Below, one piece after another: positions 22,238 to 33,790 of a DNA stretch of 64,000 nucleotides. This DNA comes from Eukaryota sp. TZLM1-RC (Eukaryota > Protista > Metamonada: BaSk clade), in contig JAUPSS010000007.1 of NCBI GenBank assembly GCA_040285825.1, forward strand, positions 1,140,501 through 1,204,500, read 5' to 3'. A program made the position numbers and the translations under genes. The notes beneath the pieces were generated by a model. That model was given only the letters and a program-made list of their open reading frames with translations, was not told the DNA's origin and did not search any database. Within the stretch, counting starts at the first letter, position 1. Each line of letters starts with the position of its first letter.

Positions 22238-23962
22238 AATTTCTTGAGCAACCAATTCTAGTAAATCAAATGAACCAATCAAGGATATATCATCCATATA
22301 AGCAACTATTTTTATAGATGGGTATTTTTGCTTAATGATATTTAAAGTTTTGTGAATAGCTAAACAAAACAATAATGGGCCTAAAGGATCTCCCTGCTTC
22401 ACTCCAGAAGATGATTTAAGACCAAATGAATTAAAAATTAAATCTGGTTCTTTCCCATAAAAATGGTAGAAAAAACTCGATAGCTCAGGAAAATCAGATT
22501 TAATAACTTCAAATATTGCTTCTCGCTTTACAGAATTAAAAGCATTTTTAAAGTCGAGATTAAAAATAAAATTATTTTCCTCTGCATTAAAAAAGGTATC
22601 AGAGGCAATAGCAGCAACAGAAGCACCATCAATTGTTTTGATTCCAAATTGATGAGGATTCAAAAATGTAGAAGCTTTGTCTTTGACACGATCGAAGACA
22701 ATTGATGCCAGCAAACGAGAAAGAGATTCACCAACAGCAACTGGGCGTATTCCATCAGGTTTAATTCCATTACCAGGCTTTACTAAAGCAATCAGACGTG
22801 CAGCAAGTAATTCAGAAGGAGGATTAATTTTCAAAACAATTAATTGTTGAAAATAATGGGCTAGATCATCAGCAATTTCGGGAGCACTGGAACACGCTAT
22901 TTTTAACAGATCAAAAGAAATTCCAGATGGGCCTGCTGCTTTCCCTTTTGGTAATTTTTGAATAGCTTTGAGAACTTCAATTGCAGTAATAGGATTTTCA
23001 ATCCAAAAAGGACACACATCAGGCTTGCTGCACTTGAAATTTTCTTGAGGATGCAACTTTTGAAGTTTTTCAAGGGTATCAGAATTTGCAACAGCCAAAG
23101 AAGAGGAAAACAAGGACTGCTTTGCGGCACCATAGCGACCACGTAAGCACAATTTTCGGCAAATTTTTGATTTTACAATTTTTCTTTTTCTAAAACAATT
23201 TTTGTTTTTTTCCAAAATAACTTGTAATTCATTCCGAATTTGAGGCACGTTTCCTAACCAACAACCAAGGAACTTAAAAGCATCACTACTATAATTAGTA
23301 AAAGGGACAATAGAATCGTCTATCACGAGATCTTGAGCAGAAGAGCCAATCAGAAGGCATTTGCTCGCATTAAGATGAAGCCCAATATTTTCATATGAAT
23401 CGGCAATTTCTTGAGCAACCAATTCTAGTAAATCAAATGAACCAATAAAGGATATATCATCCATATAAGCAACTATTTTTATAGATGGGTATTTTTGCTT
23501 AATGATATTTAAAGTTTTGTGAATAGCTAAACAAAACAATAATGGGCCTAAAGGATCTCCCTGCTTCACTCCAGAAGATGATTTAAGACCAAATGAATTA
23601 AAAATTAAATCTGGTTCTTTCCCATAAAAATGGTAGAAAAAACTCGATAGCTCAGGAAAATCAGATTTAATAACTTCAAATATTGCTTCTCGCTTTACAG
23701 AATTAAAAGCATTTTTAAAGTCGAGATTAAAAATAAAATTATTTTCCTCTGCATTAAAAAAGGTATCAGAGGCAATAGCAGCAACAGAAGCACCATCAAT
23801 TGTTTTGATTCCAAATTGATGAGGATTCAAAAATGTAGAAGCTTTGTCTTTGACACGATCGAAGACAATTGATGCCAGCAAACGAGAAAGAGATTCACCA
23901 ACAGCAACTGGGCGTATTCCATTAGGGTTTTTTTTATTTTATTTTAATTTTATTCAAAACCT

Positions 23963-25412
23963 CAATTTATTGAATTTGCACACTTGATTAAATTAAATCA
24001 TAACTAATGGGACGACTATCATTAAACCAAGATTTCCTCTACAAAATCTTGATTTGCTTGCTGTCTAGCTAAAGCTTCTCTAATTCGATTGAAAAACCGC
24101 GGTAATCTATTAATAATGGCAAATTGAATCCGTGAACGCCATAAAAAAATATCAAATCTTTTCATTGTTTTTTCTTTCACCATTTTTTGGAAGTCATCCA
24201 AAAAAGTTTCTGCTTCAACTGATAATCTTCCATTTATCGAAAATGGGAAAGCAATAAAAACCAGCTGTGTATTTCTATCGACATTTGCATCTTCAATTTC
24301 TTGATCATATTTTCTATGTTTTTCTTTTGCTTTAAAATCCAGAGCAGCCACAGGATTAAGTTTTCTTCTGTGAACCAAAGTATCGTTTGCAACATTACAT
24401 GAGACAAAGTCAACAATAGCTTCAGAATTATCAATCCAATCACAGTATACATCACCTCTATCATCAGAACCAAAATTAGTCAGAGAAAGTGTTTCCTTCA
24501 GCAGGGGCTCTTTGATACACGATATCCTTGCAGTTTGTGCCATATTGAAAACAGTGTCTCTAACAGCATCATGTAATGAAGAACGATAAGTTATCAATTT
24601 AGAGCAATTTAGAGCATGGCGCAAAGTGAGTTGAGGTGAATTCGAACAAATACATTTTTCTTTTGATAATAATTGGTTAATGGGGATGTTCAAATATAAT
24701 CTCATTTTTGTTACAAATGCTTCATTAGTGGAACACAATCCAAATCTTCGTGGTACAATGGTTACAAAAAGTGAAGAATCTGACGCCTTGTTTTCACAAA
24801 CACCCTTTTCCAATAACAATGAGTGAAGATCTTGATTTAAAACAGCCGAGCTGCAAATATTATTATAAAGATCTTTTTCATACATTCCAGTCAATCTTTT
24901 CTGTAATGTTCGAAGAGTCTACTTCAAATTTAAAACATTTTTTTCTGGAATATTGCCATTGAATGATTGGGGAAAACATCGACCCCATTTTTCTACATCA
25001 ATTCTTGAAATTTCTTCATTTAATGCAAAAACAGTGGAACTTTGCGTTGTCATCAATAAATCTTCCCAATCTGCAAATCTTTCGGAAAACTCAAAGATTG
25101 CATTTCTGCATCCACCAACAAAAGCACACGAGGTAAGAATAGAAGCCTTCGTCCACCCTAAACCACCATAATGTGGACTAAGGTAAGCATGATCTGGAAT
25201 TTGAAACACTTTACATCCCAGTAATTGAGACAGAACTTTTGCACGTAACTCATTAAACTTTTGAGCCAAAGGTCTAGTGACGAGAGGATTTGTAGATCGA
25301 AATATATGATTAAAATTGGAACTAAAACACAGTCTTATAATGGTAAATTTGATGTGTTTTGTTATATCTAAATTCATCATTCGGTCAATTTTGTCAGAAA
25401 TTGAGTTCAATT
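23963..25412 (-). mobile_element. Family D 3' half (thumb to endonuclease)
   Basis: ORFs 24919-25425 and 24022-24894 ending DFVEEILV; CIC..HALNC, RGD, KHRKY. Confidence 0.92.
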
Positions 25413-25477
25413 TAATTAATAACATTTTAATAATAATTAATCAAAAAAATTGATTTATAACATGTTATCAAAGAGGT

Positions 25478-26656
25478 TTTTAAAATTTAATTTTATTCTA
25501 AACCTATAAATCAACATCTAAAAAATCCATCTCTCCCAAAACAAAAACACTAGATGCAACTCTCTCATAGTGAGATCCAAGAGAAAGCAAAGCATCAGAA
25601 ACCATCTTCAACATCCCCTTAAAAATAGAGAACACAATTCTATTTTTGCCAAAAACAATCTGTTGAAATTTCTGCCAGTTCTTCTCTTTACAATCATTTC
25701 AAAATCATCCAAAAACGTAAAAGCAGTTGGTGCAAGTGAACCAAAAAGGGAAAATACAAATGGATACAAATTGTATTTTGCATGCTGTAGACTGGCCAAT
25801 TTGGACAAAGGTTCATTGTATTTTTTGAATTTAAAATTTTCAGCATTTGAAAGGGGATTATGAATTTCAGAATTAACAAGCCTTTCATTTGAGGCATTAC
25901 AAGGATCAACAGACATTACATCCAATAAAATGAAGCTTCCATCTAATCCAGGTAATATGACATCACCTCTATTATTCTTATGAAAATCATTTTCAGCATC
26001 AAACAGATTTGACAACAAAGGTTCCAAGAAGGATTCAATTCTATGAGATTTACACATACAATATAACTGGTCTCTTACAGCATCATGAACCTTGCTTCTA
26101 AAAAGTAATAAAATGTTTACAATTTAACAAATGAGTAGTTGTAATTTCTCGAGAACATTTACAAATTAAATTATGAGGTAAATTATCAGGCCAGATAAAG
26201 GAACGAAATCTCATATTCAGAGTCCAAGCAGAATCGGATAAGAGAGTACCATAAACTTGTGGAATTGTTGTTACTAAGGCAGAAGAAGTACTGTCACACA
26301 TATCTTGTAAAAGATTTGCAAAAGCGGGATTCTTTTTCTTGGCCAAGCCAAGTCTAACATCAAAATCCAAGCTTTCAAAAATCTTTGACAATTTTTGTTG
26401 AAGCTTTTTACAGCAAAACTGTAAATTAAATAGAGATCGGTTTGGAATTTCTTGAATTGATTGAGGAAAACATTTGGTCCAAATTTGTGGCGGTAATTTT
26501 TCAAGTTCACAAGATAACTCATACAAATAGGGACTACAATTGGGGACTAACAGATGAGAATCATCAGGAAATCTACGAGAAAATTCATAAATAAAATTTT
26601 TGCCACCACCCAAGAATGCTGATTGACACAAAATTGAAGATTTAGTAAAACCAATA
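25478..26656 (-). mobile_element. Family A element, 5'-truncated, 9-bp TSD, in the DJ-1 3' end
   Basis: TSD CAAAGAGGT at 25469-25477 and 26657-26665; ORFs 26098-26631 and 25608-26057. Confidence 0.9.
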
Positions 26657-26952
26657 CAAAGAGGTCTTTTGCTACTGCTTCACCTTTCAGCATTGATATA
26701 CACTGGCGAGAAAGATCAAACACCGAAGACAACCCCAATGCAGTTATTAGGTTTCCATCTACAACAACATTATCAGTCACATACTCAACTCCTTCTATAC
26801 GCAGTTCTCGGAGCTTCGGGTGATCTACAACCTTTTTGTTGGTGAAGATACTACTCTTCTTACCAACAGATTCTAAAGCTGTACAGCAGATTGCTAACAA
26901 CTTGTCATTTGCATGTTGATGCTTAATTAAATCCATCGAGTCAGAACACTTG

Positions 26953-29928
26953 TTTTGAAAATTAATCCTCCATTTGAATTACTCGCAGCACGTCTGATTG
27001 CTTTAGTAAAGCCTGGAAACGGAATCAAACCTGATGGAATACGCCCAATTGCTGTTGGTGAATCTCTTTCTCGTTTGCTAGCATCAATTGTCTTCGATCG
27101 TGTCAAAGACAAAGCTTCTACATTTTTGAATCCTCATCAATTTGGAATCAAAACAATTGATGGTGCAATATGAGATTTCGTTCCTTTATCTGGCCTGATA
27201 ATTTACCTCATAATTTAATTTGTAAATGTTCTCGAGAAATTACAACTACTCATTTGTTAAATTGTAAACATTTTATTACTTTTAGAAGCAAGGTTCATGA
27301 TGCTGTAAGAGACCAGTTATATTGTATGTGTAAATCTCATAGAATTGAATCCTTCTTGGAACCTCTGTTGTCAAATCTGTTTGATGCTGAAAATGATTTT
27401 CATAAGAATAATAGAGGTGATGTCATATTACCTGGATTAGATGGAAGCTTTATTTTATTGGATGTAATGTCTGTTGATCCTTGTAATGCCTCAAATGAAA
27501 GGCTTGTTAATTCTGAAATTCATAATCCCCTTTCAAATGCTGAAAATTTTAAATTCAAAAAATACAATGAACCTTTGTCCAAATTGGCCAGTCTACAGCA
27601 TGCAAAATACAATTTGTATCCATTTGTATTTTCCCTTTTTGGTTCACTTGCACCAACTGCTTTACGTTTTTTGGATGATTTTGAAATGATTGTAAAGAGA
27701 AGAACTGGCAGAAATTTCAACAGATTGTTTTGGCAAAATAGAATTGTGTTTTCTATTTTTAAGGGGATGTTGATGATGGTTTCTGATGCTTTGCTTTCTC
27801 TTGGATCTCACTATGAGAGAGTTGCATCTAGTGTTTTTGTTTTTGGGAGAGATGGATTTTTTAGATGTTGATTTATAGGTTTAGAATAAAATTAATTTTT
27901 TTAAAAAAAAAAAAAAAAAAAATTGATGGTGCTTCTGTTGCTGCTATTGCCTCTGATACCTTTTTTAATGCAGAGGAAAATAATTTTATTTTTAATCTCG
28001 ACTTTAAAAATGCTTTTAATTCTGTAAAGCGAGAAGCAATTTTTGAAGTTATTAAATCTGATTTTCCTGAGCTATCGAGTTTTTTTCTACCATTTTTATG
28101 GGAAAGAATCAGATTTAATTTTTAATTCATTTGGTCTTAAATCATCTTCTGGAATGAAGCAGGGAGATCTTTTGGGCCCATTATTGTTTTGTTTAGCTAT
28201 TCACAAAACTTTAAATATCATTAAGCAAAAATACCCTTCTATAAAAATAGTTGCTTATATGGATGATATATCCTTGATTGGTTCATTTGATTTACTAGAA
28301 TTGGTTGCTCAAGAAATTGCCGATTCATATGAAAATATTGGGCTTCATCTTAATGCCAGCAAATGCCTTCTGATTGGCTCTTCTGCTCAAGACCTCGTGA
28401 TAAACGATTCTATTGTCCCTTTTACTAATTATAGTAGTGATGCTTTTCCTTGGTTGTTGGTTAGGAAATGTGCCTCAAATTCAGAATGAATTGCAAGTTA
28501 TTTTGGAAAAAATGAAAATTGAACTTGATTCAATTTCTTCTTTAGATATAGAAAAACATATTAAATTTTTCATGCTTAAAATTTGCTACACTGGGAGAAT
28601 AACCCACATTTTGAGATCTTGTGCTCCTTCCATAGCATTAGATTTTTGTCGTTCTTTTAATTCATTGAGAACAGAATTTTTTGCTGATTTATTGGATGTA
28701 GAACCAGGAATGTTGAAAAGCCATTTATTTTCTTCAGCAAATTTGGGTGGTATTGGTTTTACTAAATCTTCAATTTTGTGTCAATCAGCATTCTTGGGTG
28801 GTGGCAAAATTTTATTTATGAATTTTCTCGTAGATTTCCTGATGATTCTCATCTGTTAGTCCCCAATTGTAGTCCCTATTTGTGTGAGTTATCTTGTGAA
28901 CTTGAAAAATTACCGCCACAAATTTGGACCAAATGTTTTCCTCAATCAATTCAAGAAATTCCAAACCGATCTCTATTTAATTTACAGTTTTGCTGTAAAA
29001 AGCTTCAACAAAATTGTCAAAGATTTTTGAAAGCTTGGATTTTGATGTTAGACTTGGCTTGGCCAAGAAAAAGAATCCCGCTTTCGCAAATCTTTTACAA
29101 GATATGTGTGACAGTACTTCTTCTGCCTTAGTAACAACAATTCCACAAGTTTATGGTACTCTCTTATCCGATTCTGCTTGGACTCTGAATATGAGATTTC
29201 GTTCCTTTATCTGGCCTGATAATTTACCTCATAATTTAATTTGTAAATGTTCTCAAGAAATTACAACTACTCATTTGTTAAATTGTAAACATTTTATTAC
29301 TTTTAGAAGCAAGGTTCATGATGCTGTAAGAGACCAGTTATATTGTATGTGTAAATCTCATAGAATTGAATCCTTCTTGGAACCTTTGTTGTCAAATCTG
29401 TTTGATGCTGAAAATGATTTTCATAAGAATAATAGAGGTGATGTCATATTACCTGGATTAGATGGAAGCTTCATTTTATTGGATGTAATGTCTGTTGATC
29501 CTGGTAATGCCTCAAATGAAAGGCTTGTTAATTCTGAAATTCATAATCCCCTTTCAAATGCTGAAAATTTTAAATTCAAAAAATACAATGAACCTTTGTC
29601 CAAATTGGCCAGTCTACAGCATGCAAAATACAATTTGTATCCATTTGTATTTTCCCTTTTTGGTTCACTTGCACCAACTGCTTTACGTTTTTTGGATGAT
29701 TTTGAAATGATTGTAAAGAGAAGAACTGGCAGAAATTTCAACAGATTGTTTTGGCAAAATAGAATTGTGTTTTCTATTTTTAAGGGGATGTTGAAGATGG
29801 TTTCTGATGCTTTGCTTTCTCTTGGATCTCACTATGAGAGAGTTGCATCTAGTGTTTTTGTTTTGGGAGAGATGGATTTTTTAGATGTTGATTTATAGGT
29901 TTAGAATAAAATTAAATTTTAAAAAAAA
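26953..29928 (+). mobile_element. Family A element (RT to endonuclease), 14-bp TSD, in the middle of DJ-1
   Basis: TSD AGTCAGAACACTTG at 26939-26952 and 29929-29942; poly(A). Confidence 0.94.
27167..27920 (+). mobile_element. Family A copy nested in family A, 12-bp TSD
   Basis: TSD AATTGATGGTGC at 27155-27166 and 27921-27932; long A tail. Confidence 0.93.
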
Positions 29929-30604
29929 AGTCAGAACACTTGAGAAACTCCATCTGTCTGCCTCCAGGTACGACAATCAAGTCAAAAAAGGTTTTTGATG
30001 TTATTTCTCCATTGAAACATTCATCTGCACGGAATCCAAGCTTGTGTAGGCCAGTCACCACAAATTCTTTGCAGTAACACTTGAGCATGACAACATCAAC
30101 ATCAGCTCTGCGCAGGAAATCAACAACTGATATACATTCAAGTTCTTCTACTCCATCGTAGACAAGAACAGCAGCTTTTGGCTTAGTAGATGACGTGGAA
30201 TGGATGTGTGTAGATGGTTTGATTCAGTTGCAATCATACTAGGCATATGATATCTTTATCATTATTTTATAAATAATTCTGCATCTTTGCGGAATATTTA
30301 ATAGATACAAGTAGATATTCAATCTTCTGATGAATATTAAACTTAAATGTTGGGTCGATCGAAAGGATCAGTCAATAACATATTTAACATTGTGTTCATG
30401 GTTCCCTCAAAGTCTAACTAGTCTATCTAGATTTTACAAAATCTGTAATACTTGCTGTGAGAAGAACAAATACAAATTGATTCATCTCTCCCAAAACACA
30501 ACAACGAGATGCAACTCTCTCATAGTGAGATCGAAGAGAAAGCAGAGCATTAGAAATCATCTTCAACAACCCAAAATAGAAAAAAGCACTTCAATTCTGT
30601 CAAA

Positions 30605-33289
30605 TTCGTGCCTTTACTGAAAATCTGCGTAAAGGATTATGGGATGTTACGCCTATTTGGAAATTTTTTCTGAAAAAAGATAAAAAACTTTTATCGAAAA
30701 AATCAAATTTTAAAAAAAATGTTTTTTCGAAAGAAAAATTAGTGAGAAAATTAGCTTTAAAAGGACGTTTTGGATCTGCAAAACAATGTTTATTTTCTTC
30801 TGATTTAGCTGAATGTAATGAAAGCACATTGTTCCAATTGAATCATCTTCATCCGGAAGAAAATTTTCATTGTACTAAACCAGATTCAGTTGATTATTGG
30901 CTGGAAAATCCTGTCAATGCTTCTGAGGTATTGAAACTGATTCAGCAAATGCCTACTGGAAAAGCTCCTGGGCCATCTTTGTTGAATTTTGACATGATCA
31001 AATCAGCTGTTGGACAGTGTCCTGAAATTGCCGACGATCTTGTTCATTTTTTCAACAATCTTCTTACGTTAAAAATTAAAGTCCCTTTTGAGATGACCAG
31101 TGCTCGCTTAATTGCCCTTAAAAAAAGTCAATCCAAAAATCCGTCCAATTGCAATTGGAGAATCATTTTCAAGAATTCTTGCGTCTCTTGTTTTCAATAG
31201 AATTGGAAAAAAAGCCAAGGAATTTTTCAGTCCGTTTCAATTTGGAATCAAGACAATTGATGGTGCTTCTTCTGCTGCTCTTTCGTCGGATGTGTTTTTT
31301 TAATTCTAGTGATTCTAATTACATCTTCAATTTAGATTTTAAGAATGCTTTCAATTCTGTATCTCGTTCTTCCATTTTACCTTTGCTGCAAAAAGCATTT
31401 TCCTGAAGTTGAGTCTTTTTTCTATTCATTTTATGGAAAATCATCCACATTGGTCTATGAAAATTTTGACCTGCTTTCGTCTTCAGGTGTTAAACAAGGT
31501 GATCCACTTGGTCCTTTTTTTCTTTTGTCTGGCAATTCATCCATTAATGTGCGAATTGAAAGAAAAGTTCCCAGAAATAGATATTGTAGCATATATGGAT
31601 GACATTTCTGTAATTGCTCCTATTACAATTCTGAAACAAATAGCAACTTTTATTCAACAGCGTTATGAAGATATTGGTCTCTCATTGAATATCTCCAAAT
31701 GTTTGATTATTGGCCATGAACCAATTGATTTTTTTCATTAATGATGTCAATGTCCCCTTTATCAATTATGATCAGTCTGGTTTTCGTTTTTTGGGTTGTT
31801 ATCTCGGAAATATTGATGAAGTCAAAAGCCAACTTTCGACTCTGTTGACTCAATTTGGAAATGAATTAGAATCAATAGAAAATTTAAATATTGAGAAACA
31901 TTTGAAATTCTTTTTCCTCAAAATCTGTTATTCTGGAAAATTTACTCATATTTTGAGATCAACATCACCATCAATTTCCTTGGAGTTCTGTCGCATTTTT
32001 AATGAACAAAGAACTAATTTTTTAGCAAAATTATTGGAAATTGATGCATCTCAGTTACGAAGCCACATTTTTTGTGGTACAAATTTTGGTGGTGTTGATT
32101 TTCATAAGTCAAGCTACCTTTGTAAAGCTGCTTTTATTGGAGGTGGAAAGAATTTTATTTATGAATTTGTGAATCGTTTTCCTGAAAAAAATTCATCTCA
32201 TTGAAAATTGTGGCAGCTCCTATCTTATTTCTTTGCAACAGGAAATTGAAACTCTTTCACCCAATATTTGGGCTAAATGTTTCCCCTCTGATATTGTGGA
32301 ACTTTCTTCAAGAAGCTTGCTCTCCTTACCATTGACTTTTGCAAAATTGCAGAAAAAAATTTTGAAAGTTTTAGAAAACTTGGATTATATTGTACGTCTT
32401 AGCTTGGCTAAGGAAAAAAATCCCGTTTTTGCAAACTTTTGATTGATCTTGAAGACAGTTGCTCAAGTTGCTTAATCTCCCAAATTCCCAACATTTACGG
32501 CCTTCTACTTAATGATCACCAATGGACCACTGCAATGAGATTGAGATGTTTTCTATGGCCTTGTTCATTGCCAAATGATTTAATTTGTCGCTGCAAGAGT
32601 GTTGTTACGCTTTCCCATATTTTTAAACTGTAAGTATTTCATAACTTATCGCTCACTTGTTCACGACTCAGTTCGTGATCAATTATATGCCATGTGCAAA
32701 AGTTTCAATATAGAGGCATTTATTGAGCCACTAGTACGTAAGCTGTCTTCAGATCAAACTGATGATTCCTTTGGTAAAAGAAGGGCAGATTTAGTAGCTC
32801 CAGGGATCGATGGTGTTCTCAATGTTGTAGACGTTGTCTCAGTGGATGTTTGCAAAAATTCTGCTGCTCGTTTAGTGTATTCCGCTGACTCGCCGTTATC
32901 TAACGCCGAAAAAAAGAAGATAAAAAAATATGAAGAACCTTTGGCACAGTTAGGTAGAGTGGAACATGTGAAATATCAGTTTGTGCCGTTTGCAATTTCT
33001 CTTTTTGGCAATATTGGACCTTCAGGCTTGCACTTTTTGGAAAATTTTAAAAAAGTGTTACTGAATAGGTCTGGTAAAACAATGAACTCCACTTTCTGGT
33101 TAAATAGAATTGTTTTTTGCATTTTCAAGTCTATTCCAACAATGATTTCAAAGGCACTTTTAGCTATTGGTGTAGAATATGAACGTAATGCTGTGAGTAG
33201 GTTCAGTTATAGTGACGCTTGTTTGGAGGATATTGAATTCTAGATGGTTATTTTTATCTCAATAAATATTCCAGTTCTTTAAAAAAAAA
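30605..33289 (+). mobile_element. Family E non-LTR element, 5'-truncated, 12-bp TSD, inside a decayed A-like relic (~30470-33550)
   Basis: Frameshifted RT to endonuclease ending DACLEDIEF; TSD AATTCTGTCAAA at 30593-30604 and 33290-33301. Confidence 0.92.
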
Positions 33290-33599
33290 AATTCTGTCAA
33301 AAGAATCTGTTAAAGTTTCCGTTCGTTCTATTTAACCATCAGTGCAAAAGGTGCTAGAAAACAGTTTGAGCAAATGAAACAAACAGAGAAAATATAATTT
33401 TGTGCAAATTGAGAATAATATGCTTTGAGATCCACAATTGGGATTTAATGATAAGTTCTGAAAATAAATTGGACACTTAAACTTGTGTTGCTCAAGGTTC
33501 TTTCTTATTTTGCTTCTTTTGAAACAGCAAATGGGCTATTGGATCATTCTTTTTACTATTTTATTGTAATCTTATAATATTTATATATATATATATATT

Positions 33600-33790
33600 G
33601 AAAATATTTTCTTTTGGTAAAAATATGATGGATTGCGAAGATGCACAACTCTTTGAAACGAAAATTTAAGTCACATAGCACCGTAGAAATATTCTATGAA
33701 TTTGAATTTTTATATGCACTATTCTTTATTATGGCACATGCCAACTATAACTAGATTTTACTAGTCAGTAAAAATGAACTAAGTTCTAAG
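33600..33790 (-). ncRNA. Candidate Fanzor omegaRNA region
   Basis: Directly 3' of the Fanzor stop; short stems TTTTACT-gact-AGTAAAA, TGGC-atgt-GCCA, TAGAA-tat-TTCTA; boundaries are positional inference only. Confidence 0.4.

Larger units (their letters stand above)
15698..23921 (-). repeat. Tandem array (~3.6 units of ~1.16 kb) of the family A RT core, interrupted by B and C insertions
   Basis: Same junction (ILEK|NKNCF) at ~16867, ~18031, ~23211; ORF 22229-23881 contains QGDPLGP/YMDD twice. Confidence 0.88.
25455..30237 (-). pseudogene. DJ-1/PfpI-family gene disrupted by three family A insertions
   Basis: Joining 30237-29929, 26938-26657 and 25468-25455 gives ..KAAVLVYDGVEELECISVVDFLRRAD..FDLIVVPGG..KLLAICCTA..VVVDGNLITALG..AKDLFDNML*; likely ATG at 30237 needs a 1-nt shift near 30219. 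Confidence 0.88.

Noticed and set aside
23922-23927. Telomeric TTAGGG as a target site
   Set aside because: Single hexamer at a junction, resembling the family A sequence TCAGGT; no telomeric array in the window
33745-33775. Helitron 3' end (hairpin plus CTAG) after Fanzor
   Set aside because: The hairpin is AT-rich and abuts CTAG without the usual spacing; no 5' end or RepHel gene seen
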